Shown: positions 35,182-45,730, counted from the first letter of the stretch. The stretch: DNA of 64,000 nt from an uncultured virus (IMG/VR IMGVR_UViG_3300025392_000003) (IMGVR_UViG_3300025392_000003); one strand, 5' to 3'. Numbers and translations are program-made. The notes: generated by a model from the letters alone, not told the origin.

Positions 35182-38100
35182 CTAGATATTCTGCGCTATC
35201 AATGCCGTAGATGATGTCGCACTAGTTGTAGTGCTTGTATCTGGCGAGCCAATAACAGGGGTATCCGCACCGTGGTCGTTCGTTAGCGGATTGGTGTAGC
35301 AAAGGATATTTGGGGTGAAAATAGGCTCACCGGCGTAGTGGTCGAATCGGAAAGTGTTGCCGGGAACCAAATCCCAAACGATAGGAACATTGTTTAGCGA
35401 GCCATCCACGCCGACATACGAGCCCGAAAGCAAAACGGATTCTTGGGTCTTGCCCGTTCCAATAATCGCCACGCTCACATCGTTGGCGATATCAGCAGTT
35501 AGGTTCATAATATTGCTCGAAAATGTGATATTCTCGACTCCACTAATAGTGGCGTTGTTAGAGATAGAGATTATTCCAGCAGTGGGTAGCCCGGTAGATG
35601 CGACTACATAAGGTGCAACGACAGAAGTGACTACAGAACCGCTAGGGATTCCCGTTCCCTGAACCAACATACCTACGATTACGCCCGTGACTGACCCATA
35701 GGTGTTCGCGCCAGCCAAAGTCGCAAGTTGGTTGCCTCCGCTAGAGAGCGTGAGGTTTAGGGATACCGAGGTTTGGGCCGGTGCTGGGCTTGCGATAAAC
35801 GAAGTCGAGACTCCACCCATCAAATCTGAATAGAGACTTGAGGTGTAGCGAGAACCGATTTGGTCTGCGTTAAGGGCTTCCAAATCAGCAGCCGTATTCG
35901 ACCCAATCCAACGCTTTCCGAGGATGTAAGAGCCGACTGTAGTTCCGGCTAAGTGAACGCCACCGATAGTTCCGTTCTGTAGTGAGACTACGCCGCTACC
36001 CGTTCCATCGTAGTTTGCTGCTGAAAGCGAAGAACCGAGTGGGATAGTCCAAGCAAGGTAGAAAGGATTGGTGTTTCCATTGGCAAGCGTTGGCGACTGC
36101 TCGACCTCCCATAGATAGATGTAGTTCTGACTATCACCGTTGTAATAGGCGTTTTGTGCTGGTGCGTAGTTATCTAAGGAAGAGTTGTTGATGTAGAAAG
36201 AGTTGGTGCTATCTGTTGGGATACCAGTCACCTGCCAATACGGCGTTGGCCCTGAAGTCAAAACACTAGTATTCCAGCGCGCACCCTCGCCACGGAAAGT
36301 TAGGTAAAGGCTCTTGCCACTATTAGTCGCTTGGGTATAGAGGCTAGAGATAGTGGAGTTGTTATCGCAGGTCACTAACGCCGGTGCTGATATGACGGTG
36401 GCGGTCCAAGTCGTGTTAGTCGTGCTAATAGGATTACTTACATAACCTATTAAAGCCGTGGTGTCGACATAGGTGAGGTAGCAAGTGCTAGATGTGACCC
36501 CAGCGCCAGACAAGAGAAGTACGCCCGTGCTAGAAATCATATTGCTTAGAGTTTGTGCGTCCGATGAGGATAGGTTTATCAACTCATAGTTAGTGACTGG
36601 TTGGCCGTGGCGGTTGATAATCGTATTGGCATAACCTGTTGCTTGGAAACTAAACGGTGAGGTGATACCCGTAGTACTCACTAGCGAAATGCTTACGAAC
36701 GAGGCTACCGGCGTTGAGCGATAAGTATCAATCGTTCCGGTGAAAATAAGGTTTTTTAGATATGGATAGAACCATATGTTTGAGCCTGTGCTTCCATAGA
36801 AACCATTTGTTTCATCTCCAAGCGAAACCATATTGGCTGTTCCTGTTAGTGCGCCCGGCGTTGTTGTGGATGTCGTGGCAACGACAAAGTTGGTGCTAGT
36901 AGTGGAGACAATCTGGTAAATACCCGCATATGGGGAACCAGATATATTTACAGAAACCGTTTGACCCGCCTTAAAAGAGTTGGTGGCGTTAAAGGTGAGT
37001 TGTCCGCCCGAATAGGTGACACTAGTGATGTTCGCTTTCGTTCCGATAGAGTTCGCACCTAGAGGTGATGGGTCAATAGAGGAATAGTAAGGGGGTGTTG
37101 GGCCTAAGACTACGGAGTAGGTGTTATTTCCCGGTGTGGTGACTATGCCCTTGTAGCGTTGGTCGCTGTCCGAGAGCATAATGACATCTCCCGCCGACAC
37201 GGTTTCCGATGGGCCAGTACCAGAATAGGAAAGGGGCTGTGCGAGGGTTGAGTTTGTAGCAATAACAAACGAAGTAGGTGAATTGACTGCGGAGATTTCG
37301 CTAGAGAGGATTTGCGCTCCCAAACCAGAGTTCGTGGCACTAAGCACATAAACATTTTGATTTACGGTAGCCGTGATAGGTGCGGTGACTGTTCCGGCGA
37401 CTGTTGGTGCGCCGACCGTTGAGGTGAAAGTAAAGGTTAGGGCAGAGGTGTTGATAGCCGTAATCGTGTTAGTTCCCTGAAGCGTTGCCGTTCCAGCACT
37501 AAGGGTCGCACCTACCTGTGGTGGCTGACCCGTGTAAGTTCCCATTAGCGAGCCAGCAGAGACATTGAGGGTTGATGACCTAGTGGCCCAAGAAGATACG
37601 ATAGTGGTTGCCGACGAAGTGGTTGACACAACAACGGAGCCGACCGTTCCAATAGCCAAGTCTGCTGAAACGCTAGAAGCAAAGATAGGTGTGTAAACAG
37701 TTAGCGTTGAGGTAGTGCTTACGGTCGCCGTTGTGTTGATAACAAGGTTGCCCTGCGTTGCCGTAGTAGCCGTTCCGACTACAGAAGCAAAGTAGTTTTG
37801 GATAGTTCCCACCGTGTTAAAGAACGATGCTGAAACCTTGTTGCCGCCCATAATCGTTCCTACGGGCTCGTAGGTTTCCAAAGTAGAAGCCGTTGCTACA
37901 ACGGTGTTGCTACCAGAGGTGGCAGTGACAGAGAAAGTCGCCGTGAGGTTTAACCAGTTTGCCACTATTGGGTTTTGGAAAGAAAGGGTTGTGTAAGTTC
38001 CCGAAATAGGCAAAGTTGCGGTCGTGCTAGTGACCCCACTAATAAGACCTAAGTAGTCGCCCTTGGCATCAAAAACCATTTGGCCGGGTTGCCACGAGCC

Positions 38101-38751
38101 GACTAGTGGTGTGTTCCCATTGAGGCCGCTATTAAAGACCGTGATTTGCGTTGAGGTTGTGGAAACCACATAGTCGTATGTCCAATCGGGAACGATTCCC
38201 GTGATTTCAGCAGTAGGCGTTCCGCCCGAACAAGTAAAGTAAAGGCCTTGATTCATTTCGTTTCCCACATTGTATGGAGAAGAAATAACGGAAGAGTTTG
38301 TAAAGTTTGCATTGGTAATTGACTGCGTGATAGGGATTTGACCGGCCGAACCCACAGTTCCCCACTCTGAATAAAAAGCAGGGGAGTTTTGCTGACTATC
38401 GCCTTCCAAAACAATCACTTCCTGTGTGGGGGCGAATCCGCTTGTGTCGTTGACATAGATAAAGCCATCGCCGGTGTAGGTGTAGTTCTTGGCCGCCGAA
38501 TACCAAGCACTACTTGGCACATAGGCGTATGGGGCTACTTGCGTATCTTGCGAAAGGCTTGTAAGGCTTGTAAAGAGTTTGGTGAGGTTATCTACGTGGA
38601 CTTGGTAGATATTGGTATCAGCAGTTCTGATTGCAGTGCAACTAAGGCGAGTTGTGTCGTTTTGTGCCGTTGCCCCATCGGGCGCGCCATTAATTACCCA
38701 ATATCTAGGGTCAATATTTGCTGAAGTCGGAGTGGCGGTCAGAGTCTTCAT
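35182..38751 (-). CDS. 1189-aa Thr/Ser-rich tail-associated protein
   Basis: Immediately downstream of tape measure; shares modules with 2242-aa protein. Confidence 0.65.
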   Translation of the reverse strand: MKTLTATPTSANIDPRYWVINGAPDGATAQNDTTRLSCTAIRTADTNIYQVHVDNLTKLFTSLTSLSQDTQVAPYAYVPSSAWYSAAKNYTYTGDGFIYVNDTSGFAPTQEVIVLEGDSQQNSPAFYSEWGTVGSAGQIPITQSITNANFTNSSVISSPYNVGNEMNQGLYFTCSGGTPTAEITGIVPDWTYDYVVSTTSTQITVFNSGLNGNTPLVGSWQPGQMVFDAKGDYLGLISGVTSTTATLPISGTYTTLSFQNPIVANWLNLTATFSVTATSGSNTVVATASTLETYEPVGTIMGGNKVSASFFNTVGTIQNYFASVVGTATTATQGNLVINTTATVSTTSTLTVYTPIFASSVSADLAIGTVGSVVVSTTSSATTIVSSWATRSSTLNVSAGSLMGTYTGQPPQVGATLSAGTATLQGTNTITAINTSALTFTFTSTVGAPTVAGTVTAPITATVNQNVYVLSATNSGLGAQILSSEISAVNSPTSFVIATNSTLAQPLSYSGTGPSETVSAGDVIMLSDSDQRYKGIVTTPGNNTYSVVLGPTPPYYSSIDPSPLGANSIGTKANITSVTYSGGQLTFNATNSFKAGQTVSVNISGSPYAGIYQIVSTTSTNFVVATTSTTTPGALTGTANMVSLGDETNGFYGSTGSNIWFYPYLKNLIFTGTIDTYRSTPVASFVSISLVSTTGITSPFSFQATGYANTIINRHGQPVTNYELINLSSSDAQTLSNMISSTGVLLLSGAGVTSSTCYLTYVDTTALIGYVSNPISTTNTTWTATVISAPALVTCDNNSTISSLYTQATNSGKSLYLTFRGEGARWNTSVLTSGPTPYWQVTGIPTDSTNSFYINNSSLDNYAPAQNAYYNGDSQNYIYLWEVEQSPTLANGNTNPFYLAWTIPLGSSLSAANYDGTGSGVVSLQNGTIGGVHLAGTTVGSYILGKRWIGSNTAADLEALNADQIGSRYTSSLYSDLMGGVSTSFIASPAPAQTSVSLNLTLSSGGNQLATLAGANTYGSVTGVIVGMLVQGTGIPSGSVVTSVVAPYVVASTGLPTAGIISISNNATISGVENITFSSNIMNLTADIANDVSVAIIGTGKTQESVLLSGSYVGVDGSLNNVPIVWDLVPGNTFRFDHYAGEPIFTPNILCYTNPLTNDHGADTPVIGSPDTSTTTSATSSTALIAQNI

Positions 38752-38783
38752 TAGAACCCTACTCTATCGCTAGTTTGGAAGAA

Positions 38784-41771
38784 TTAACGACCTAAAGAGC
38801 GTAATTGCCTGTGAAGTTCCTTAAATTGGTCATCAACATAGGTCTTGACTTCCCTACCAACGGTCTTGTCCATATTGCCGTGAACTTGGATAGTAAAAGC
38901 ACCGGGGGCAATATGAACGACCGTTTCACCACGCCCAACGGCATTAGATGCACGCCCGTTTAGTGCTCGACCCGCCTGAACGCCCATAATGTGCACATTC
39001 AGCGCACCACCAGTAAAGGTCATCTTGTTGAGTTGGCCGATATTTGGGGTTGAGGGCTTGCTAGAGCCGCCACCACCAAACAGACCACCAAAGAATCCAC
39101 CAATAGCACTAACCGCGCCACCGACTAAGTGGGCCGCGCCCTTAGCGATATTCGCAGCACCAGTGACTAGGTGTTTGCCGACATTGAGAACAGCGTGACC
39201 AACGTGCGCGCTGAACTTGACATATGACTTGGCGACATCTTTTACGCCATTAAACAAGTGACCGGCCTCCTTGCTCGCCCACTTGCCGACATCTTTGGCC
39301 CCATTCCAAAGGTGATGTGCTGTGGTTGAGACAAAGTGGTTGATTTGTTTGTGCCACTTGATATAGGCCGCTGTCGCTGCAGCAACGGCTACGGAGACAC
39401 CGAGAGTCTCTGGTCCGAGAGCCGCACCTGTTTCCATAGTTCCCGCAACTTCAGCACCAGTCGCCGCTTCGTCGCCCAGAGCCTCCGCACCACCGCCGCC
39501 AAACAGTCTGCCGACAAGGTTCTTACCCATAGAAACGAGGTTCTTCGCTTTACTAGCGAGGCCCCTGCCTTTCTTTAGGTCATCGATTAATGACTTGCCC
39601 TTTTTGACATCGTTCTCGACCGTCTTTAGGGGGTTGGAACTATTGCCCCCACCACCACCCATACCACCTGACTGAATAGTGGAGATTAGGTTGTTGATTG
39701 CGTCAATTAGGTTGTTGGTAGCAGACAGTTGGTTATCGGCCTTGTCCGAGGCTTGACCAGCCCCACTAACACCAAAGAGGTTGCCAGCAACGCCGAAGAA
39801 GCCCTTAAACAAGCCTTTCCAGCGGCCTTTCTTTGCCTCTTCACCAGCATCCTTAAAAAGAGTTTTGCCGAGATTGGAGTCAGCGATTTTCTCGAAGTAT
39901 GAGGTTTTCTTCTTGAGTTCTTCTGCGCGCTTAGCCCAGTGAGCAGCCATAAATCCGCCGTGTTCGGCTTTCTGCTCATACGCCTTGATTTTTGCCGCGC
40001 GCTCAACTGCTGAAATGTCGGCTCGGTTGTTGAGCAAGCGACCCAAACGAGAACCGGCGGTCATTGGGTTGCCCTTGGCATCTGTCATTCCCCTATTTTG
40101 GAAGAACTGCTTAAAGAGCGAACCGGTCTTACGCAGTGTGCCACCAAGACTAAGAACCTTGCCCGATAGAAGCGTGATGCCTTCCATAGCCATCTTGATT
40201 GGCGTGAGGAAGAGGTTTCGGGTGAACCAAGCGGCCGCCAAAATAGCAATCGCTTCGGTAAGACCCTTGTTCCCGGTAATCCAACCAATCAACTTGCTGA
40301 TTGCGTTTATGATAATAAGAATTGCTGGCGTTAGTGCGACTAGTAAGTTGGCCCAGATTTGGAGAATCTTTACGAGTGCTGGCCCCGCAGCAATAAAGAT
40401 AGGCGCTAGGGCAACCATTAGGTTTGCGACCGCTGTTGCAACGGCAGGAAGAATAGGCTCTAGCGTTGCGATTACCTTTACAAAACCCTGAAGCATCGCA
40501 TTGAGTTGGCCGTTTTTCACCATTTTTGTAAAGGCATCGGCTATGGCTTTTACACCAACCATAAGGCTCTTGCTTACCGCGGCCCCCATAGTGCTAAAGA
40601 TTCCCGAAAGGGTCTTCATACCGCTACCCGTTCCGATAATCTTATCCAAAGCCTTTGCCAATGGGGTGAAAATGTCGTTTGCTAACTTAAAGAACGGCGT
40701 AATCATTTGCAACAATACGGGAAGCAAGTTATTTACAAATAAGTCAACAAGAGGTTTAATCACTTGGAAGATAGTTCCAAGTTCTTGTCCCAATGAACCT
40801 AATACCTGCCCAAGAGCATCACCCGCACTTTGGAAAAGTGGCATAAGTGCTGTCACTACGGTTCCGAGAGAAGTTGCTAGTGCCTTAAAGAACGGCAACA
40901 ATCCCTGACCAATAGTTGTATAAATAATTTGGAAATCGTTTTTCAGCATCTCAATAGGCGAAGTTGCCACTTGAGCCGTGTTCTTAACGTGGTTGTTGAT
41001 ATCCACGAGAAGTTGTTGCTGGGCTGCGTAAAGACCATTGGTTGATTCCAAAGTCTTGATTCGCATCTGTTCCGATTGCGACAAGGTGAATCCGTATCGG
41101 GCCATACTAGCCATACGCTGCATCGGGTTCGATAAAGTTCGGGTCAGCATACGAGCCGAAGAAGCAACCGAACCGCCGTGACCGCCACCCATTGTCTCCG
41201 ACAGGTTGATGGCGTCGGTAATCATAAGTTGCATATTTTGGTGAATGCCGTTTAGCGGTTGACCTGCCGCGCCTAAAGCACCTTTCACCATTGGGCCGGT
41301 CGAAACCAACTTGGCGATATCGGTATTAGTTAGAGCAAGAGTCTGCGCTTGGGTGATTTGCGCTCGGTTTACGCCCGTCTGAACAGAGAGGTAGTTTGAT
41401 TGGTTGGCAAGCATTTTGGAATAGAACGCAGCACTCCAGTTGCCAATAGCCTTTTGCTGGTCATACTGCTGTTTGGTCATACTTAGGTCGTATTGCCTAG
41501 CAAGACCTTGGTTTGTTAAGAGGTTTGCTTGTACGGCCTGAACTTGCTCAAGTTGAGAAGCCGAATCAACGGCTTTCTCAAACATTGTGCTAAGACCGAT
41601 AATTCCAATCGTGCTCTTGATGAACTCACCAGCACGGCGGAACTCTTCTGTAATTTTTTCAGCAGCGACGTGCGCAGAATCCGTAGCCTGTGAAAGCGCG
41701 GTCTTCATAGAGGATGTGTCGGCTAAAAACCGTGCGCGGATGTCCATATTTCCGCCTTCGCCCATACTCAT
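38784..41771 (-). CDS. Tape measure protein
   Basis: Follows tail chaperones; Ala/Gly-rich helical protein with periodic P/F repeats; IRARFLADTS N-terminus. Confidence 0.9.
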   Translation of the reverse strand: MSMGEGGNMDIRARFLADTSSMKTALSQATDSAHVAAEKITEEFRRAGEFIKSTIGIIGLSTMFEKAVDSASQLEQVQAVQANLLTNQGLARQYDLSMTKQQYDQQKAIGNWSAAFYSKMLANQSNYLSVQTGVNRAQITQAQTLALTNTDIAKLVSTGPMVKGALGAAGQPLNGIHQNMQLMITDAINLSETMGGGHGGSVASSARMLTRTLSNPMQRMASMARYGFTLSQSEQMRIKTLESTNGLYAAQQQLLVDINNHVKNTAQVATSPIEMLKNDFQIIYTTIGQGLLPFFKALATSLGTVVTALMPLFQSAGDALGQVLGSLGQELGTIFQVIKPLVDLFVNNLLPVLLQMITPFFKLANDIFTPLAKALDKIIGTGSGMKTLSGIFSTMGAAVSKSLMVGVKAIADAFTKMVKNGQLNAMLQGFVKVIATLEPILPAVATAVANLMVALAPIFIAAGPALVKILQIWANLLVALTPAILIIINAISKLIGWITGNKGLTEAIAILAAAWFTRNLFLTPIKMAMEGITLLSGKVLSLGGTLRKTGSLFKQFFQNRGMTDAKGNPMTAGSRLGRLLNNRADISAVERAAKIKAYEQKAEHGGFMAAHWAKRAEELKKKTSYFEKIADSNLGKTLFKDAGEEAKKGRWKGLFKGFFGVAGNLFGVSGAGQASDKADNQLSATNNLIDAINNLISTIQSGGMGGGGGNSSNPLKTVENDVKKGKSLIDDLKKGRGLASKAKNLVSMGKNLVGRLFGGGGAEALGDEAATGAEVAGTMETGAALGPETLGVSVAVAAATAAYIKWHKQINHFVSTTAHHLWNGAKDVGKWASKEAGHLFNGVKDVAKSYVKFSAHVGHAVLNVGKHLVTGAANIAKGAAHLVGGAVSAIGGFFGGLFGGGGSSKPSTPNIGQLNKMTFTGGALNVHIMGVQAGRALNGRASNAVGRGETVVHIAPGAFTIQVHGNMDKTVGREVKTYVDDQFKELHRQLRSLGR

Positions 41772-41796
41772 CTACTCACCTCGCTTTCCAAACTAG

Positions 41797-42335
41797 TTAT
41801 TGTGCTTTATCCATCGCCTCTTGCTGCTCGTGATTCCTGATTTGCCATACTGCCTGCCACTCAACCAATTCCATTGCTGAAAGTGGTTTGTGGGCGGGAG
41901 AACCATCAAGAAGTTCGCCAACTGTTCTCCCCAACTTTTCCGCTAGTTCGTAGAGGAAGCGTCGTTCTGGGTTGGCGAAGATTCTTTTCCCGCTGCCTCA
42001 ACAGCATCATCGGTCATTCCTGAAAGTCGCATAGCCGCTTGAGCAATAACTTCAATAGGGCCTGAAGACTTAGCCATTACAGCCTCACGGTCCGAGTCCA
42101 AGAACACACGCTCGCCCGTTGTGGGGTCGTAGGTGCACTGAAGAACGAGGTCTGGGAGAATCTGCTGAATATTGAATTGTCCGTTTACGCTGGTAGCGAT
42201 AGCGTTATCAATCATTAGAGCGCGTGACTTAGCCGAAAGCGACTTGACTAGAACCTCGACACCCCATTGTGGGATGGCAACGAGTTCTGATTCAATATCG
42301 TCAGCGGCGAAAATCTTTGCTGATAGTTCTGACAT
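41797..42335 (-). CDS. Frameshifted tail assembly chaperone (gpGT-like, -1 slip at 41985-41991, ~179 aa)
   Basis: G GGA AAA slippery heptamer; -1 frame reads RIFANPERRFLYELAEKLGRTVGELLDG...LSAMELVEWQAVWQIRNHEQQEAMDKAQ*. Confidence 0.85.
41943..42335 (-). CDS. Tail assembly chaperone (gpG-like)
   Basis: IFAADD...V.IPQWG.EV.VKSLS...G.RVF...D; ends just after GGGAAAA. Confidence 0.85.
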   Translation of the reverse strand: MSELSAKIFAADDIESELVAIPQWGVEVLVKSLSAKSRALMIDNAIATSVNGQFNIQQILPDLVLQCTYDPTTGERVFLDSDREAVMAKSSGPIEVIAQAAMRLSGMTDDAVEAAGKESSPTQNDASSTN

Positions 42336-42363
42336 CTGTAAATCTCCTAACTAGGGTTTATCC

Positions 42364-43095
42364 CTAGAGTGTAGTGCGGAATACAGGGCCAGTCACCTGT
42401 AATTCGCCATCAAATGTCACAACAGCACCAACGGCACTCTTGAGGTCATACTTGGTCAAAACGCCAGTTCCGTAGTACTTGGTGTCGCCAGTCAAACCGG
42501 TAAATCCACCGGGGGTTGCTGGGCCATAAACGAAGTTTCCGATACGGCCAGAGTCCTGCCAAGAAGAAAGACCGTTCATAATTGCGTCAATTCCACCTGC
42601 GTAGCCGGTGTTAACGGCAGTCTCGTCGAACATACCCGAAAAGGTAAGAGTCCAAGACTTCAGACCCACGATGTAGGTCTTCACGCCGTACTGCGAGAAA
42701 GTCGTGGTTTCTTGGGCCTCGATAGCGTATGGCAACGAGACATCGTTGATGAACTCCGAGATGTTAATCATTGGAACCATTGGGGTAGCGACCGAAGTGG
42801 TAGCCACGTTGCCCGAAGAAACGGTCATTGAGGTTGTGCTTAGGGCCGTTCCGTAAACAGGAACACCACCGAAGAACGCACCGTAAACCGAGTTTCCGGC
42901 CCCTGCGTAAGTCATTGGGTTGTTCTGCGTAAGCAACGAGCCAGTTCCAGCACCAGAGATGGTGAGGGAAGTGGTTGTGGTTGCCGTAGCGGTTGCTTGA
43001 ACCAAAGAACCAGCAGTCAAACCGAGGTCATAACCGAGAGCAAGAAACGCATTCTTACCGTGCTGGAAAGTTGGAGTAGTTGTTGAAGTAGCCAT
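42364..43095 (-). CDS. Tail tube (major tail) protein, copy 2
   Basis: F.HGKN, ETTTF...KTYIVGLK..TLTFSG, YGP...KYYGTGVLTKYD...VG.VVTF..ELQVTG.V.R. Confidence 0.8.
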   Translation of the reverse strand: MATSTTTPTFQHGKNAFLALGYDLGLTAGSLVQATATATTTTSLTISGAGTGSLLTQNNPMTYAGAGNSVYGAFFGGVPVYGTALSTTSMTVSSGNVATTSVATPMVPMINISEFINDVSLPYAIEAQETTTFSQYGVKTYIVGLKSWTLTFSGMFDETAVNTGYAGGIDAIMNGLSSWQDSGRIGNFVYGPATPGGFTGLTGDTKYYGTGVLTKYDLKSAVGAVVTFDGELQVTGPVFRTTL

Positions 43096-43112
43096 TTTGG
43101 TCTATTCCTTTC

Positions 43113-44087
43113 CTAGTATCGGGCGAACCCGTAGTAAATTACTGCTGATGTGTTTGTTCCGCCAATAGTCCACGCCAAGCGTGTGTATTGGTAGATTGTT
43201 CCGGTGAGCAAAGTCACCGAGCCGCCAGCACTTGAAAAAGTCGCAAGGTTGGCCCAAGTGGTGCCATCCTGCGAGTGCTGAAATGCGAGCGAAATTGTTG
43301 GGTTCGTTCCTACGACCGTAGAAATACCCATAATCAAAGAGCCACCCTTAGTGGTAGAGGCTGTTCCTGAAGAAGCGGCTGGCGTTGAGGTGTAAGCCGT
43401 GCTATTTCCCGTAGTTGATACAACGAGGTATTGGCCGTTTCCGCGCCAAACTCCGCCATCGGCCTGAAGTTCCATATCGTTTGTGACAACGCCCGCGACT
43501 GGTGATTTGATGTCAAACTTCGTAGTCACGCCGTTCGCCATAAGGCAACGCTCGTTGTCGGTCGTGCCACCAGCGGGGAATACGAGAACTGACTTGTCTC
43601 CTGCCGTTGAGGTCGCACCGTGAATGATTGCGCTGGTTCCGCCGATAGTGCCATCGTGGAAGCCAGACAAGGTGATTGTGCCGTCTTTGAGGCCGGGGAT
43701 AAAGGTCTTTGAGCCACCCTGTAAGAAAGTCGTTGTTTCTTCGGCTGCTACGGCGTAGGTCACGCTCGCATCGTTAAAGAATGGTGAAAGGTCGAAGCCC
43801 GCACCCGTGCTTGAGAGGGTCACAGACACGCCAGAAGCCGTTGCGGTGGCCGCTGCTGACAGAGTAATGTTCTGCCCCTGTATAGCCGTAATAGTCGCCC
43901 CAGAGGGGATTCCAGAGCCGCTAACGGACTGTCCGAGTGAGGCTGGCCCGATAACGGTCGTGGAAACGATAACGGCACTGCCGTTGGTCGTGTTGGCCGT
44001 AATAACAGCAGAAGAGAACAATGGGTTCACGAAAAGAACTCGTGTGTTCTTACCGTGTAGGAAGTTAGGGGCGGTAGTGGTAGCCAT
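43113..44087 (-). CDS. Tail tube-like protein, copy 1, with C-terminal extension
   Basis: F.HGKN, EETTTF...KTFIPGLKDGTITLSG, TKFDIKSPVAGVV...ELQADG; extra C-terminal QHSQDG.TW..L.TF domain. Confidence 0.75.
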   Translation of the reverse strand: MATTTAPNFLHGKNTRVLFVNPLFSSAVITANTTNGSAVIVSTTVIGPASLGQSVSGSGIPSGATITAIQGQNITLSAAATATASGVSVTLSSTGAGFDLSPFFNDASVTYAVAAEETTTFLQGGSKTFIPGLKDGTITLSGFHDGTIGGTSAIIHGATSTAGDKSVLVFPAGGTTDNERCLMANGVTTKFDIKSPVAGVVTNDMELQADGGVWRGNGQYLVVSTTGNSTAYTSTPAASSGTASTTKGGSLIMGISTVVGTNPTISLAFQHSQDGTTWANLATFSSAGGSVTLLTGTIYQYTRLAWTIGGTNTSAVIYYGFARY

Positions 44088-44275
44088 TAGTTGTCGCTCG
44101 TTTCAGCATCTACTTTGGAAGCCGAGGCTGACACAATAAACCCATCGGCTAGAAGCCAAGAAATGCTCTCGCCGGGAAGGTCCGTGACCGTATCACCGGG
44201 ATTGGCAGTCTTGCCGAGATACGACAAAGGAGACTGGTCAGTGACGACATACGCCACAGTATTTGACTTAGCCAT
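44087..44275 (-). CDS. Small virion-module protein
   Basis: AGGAAAGG RBS; GKTANPGDTVTDLP...WLLADGFI; TAATG overlap. Confidence 0.6.
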   Translation of the reverse strand: MAKSNTVAYVVTDQSPLSYLGKTANPGDTVTDLPGESISWLLADGFIVSASASKVDAETSDN

Positions 44276-44333
44276 AGTGCCTTTCCTAGTGAGGTTGCCT
44301 TGCGACAAATCGTATCACCACGTTTGGAAAAAC

Positions 44334-44606
44334 CTATTTGTCGTTTTCCTCTGCGACTTTGGGCTTTCTGGCTCTTTTGGCTGGTGGCTTGCTCACCCGA
44401 TTGGGGTAGAAAGAGCGATTCGTCTTCCTGCCGTTTGGCCCGCCGTAAACATTGACAGCGATAATCTCGCCATCTCGCTCGTGTGCTGAAATAAAGATGA
44501 AGTCGCCGCGCTCGTTGGAAACACGGATGGGGTCGTCTTTTCCAAACCCATTCCACTCGGAGAGTTCAATCCACGAGGGGGTGTGTTGAGGCGTAGGCGT
44601 TTTCAT
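44334..44606 (-). CDS. Hypothetical protein
   Basis: ORF track; basic C-terminus. Confidence 0.55.
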   Translation of the reverse strand: MKTPTPQHTPSWIELSEWNGFGKDDPIRVSNERGDFIFISAHERDGEIIAVNVYGGPNGRKTNRSFYPNRVSKPPAKRARKPKVAEENDK

Positions 44607-44628
44607 AACGGCCTCTAATTTAGCCTAT

Positions 44629-44889
44629 TTATTGGAGTCTCTGCTGAAAACCGCAGTGGCAAATTAGATACCGACCCTGAACGGTGGCGGCTTCTACTGC
44701 TTCGGAGTGGTCACAACCACCCTCGCTGGTTTCGGTTGTTTCAGTTGCGGGTTCTGGCTGGTTTGGAAAGCCATTGGAGAATCCCAACAGCCGCTCGACT
44801 GTTTCTAGCGCGCGGATAGATGCGACATTGGCGGCTTTGGCTGCTGAAATAGCGGCTTGAATCGCATCGAGTTCGGGGTTATTGGACAT
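44629..44889 (-). CDS. Hypothetical protein with C-terminal CxH...CxC
   Basis: GAGG RBS before ATG 44889. Confidence 0.5.
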   Translation of the reverse strand: MSNNPELDAIQAAISAAKAANVASIRALETVERLLGFSNGFPNQPEPATETTETSEGGCDHSEAVEAATVQGRYLICHCGFQQRLQ

Positions 44890-45307
44890 TGGCCTCAAAG
44901 TTTATTGTGAACTTGGGTCGGTTGCCATCATCATACGGCATTGGGCTAATCGTTCCAAGCGGGGCCATACGAAGAATATGGATTCCATCAATCGTCTGTG
45001 TGCCAACGATTGAGGCTAGAGCCGTGCGAATAGTGTCGGCCCAAGCGTAGGTGTCTGGGTAATCTTCTGGCTCGCCACGAATCAGCAGTTGGATTTTGAG
45101 GTTGTCAATCGCAATCGCTTCTATCCCCATAGTGAGGCTCGGCGCACGACCGGGATAGGGCTGAATCAGAACGGAAGCGTTAGGTGCTTCGGCTGGTAGG
45201 CGACCTAGAAAGAGATTCTGTCCGAGAACGAGTCCGTATGAACCGTATTTGGCAACGGTGATGTTGTTGACTAGATATTGGGCTAGTGCGTCAAGAATAT
45301 TAGCCAT
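44879..45307 (-). CDS. Tail terminator / minor capsid-3-like protein
   Basis: LFLGRLP..P, IQLLIRG...Y, D...RPKFTINF; position before tail tube. Confidence 0.75.
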   Translation of the reverse strand: MANILDALAQYLVNNITVAKYGSYGLVLGQNLFLGRLPAEAPNASVLIQPYPGRAPSLTMGIEAIAIDNLKIQLLIRGEPEDYPDTYAWADTIRTALASIVGTQTIDGIHILRMAPLGTISPMPYDDGNRPKFTINFEANVQ

Positions 45308-45722
45308 TAGTACCAAATCCACTCGTGTCGGATGCTGAAGAAACCTTACCACCGTAAAGCACAGCGTTCACTCGGTCAATAATTCCCCGTCGAAGTTCTG
45401 GTAGCCGCTCATCCATTGGTTGCTCTATGTATTTGGCTTGACCGCCGTTGGGGTGATTGAGTTGTAGGTCTTCGTGAATGTAGAGCGCGTAGGGGGCGTC
45501 GTAGGTGATAGCCACTTCTGGGAATCCCTCGCCGCTAATGATGTCTATGTGTCCGCTAGCCTGCAGATTTCCAGTATCCACCGGCACAAGATTCTGACTG
45601 TCGTTAAACACATTGTCGCCGTATTCCTTTAGGGCATCAAGCACGGCGAGGTTTATGTAGTCGGCTTTCTTGGCGATTGCCTCTATGTCGGCCTTATTAA
45701 AAGTGACTTGGTAGGAAATCAT
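45300..45722 (-). CDS. HK97 gp10-like tail completion protein
   Basis: SQNLVPVDTGNLQASG, YDAPYALYIHE, GQAKYIEQP. Confidence 0.85.
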   Translation of the reverse strand: MISYQVTFNKADIEAIAKKADYINLAVLDALKEYGDNVFNDSQNLVPVDTGNLQASGHIDIISGEGFPEVAITYDAPYALYIHEDLQLNHPNGGQAKYIEQPMDERLPELRRGIIDRVNAVLYGGKVSSASDTSGFGTNG

Positions 45723-45730
45723 TTCAGCAC

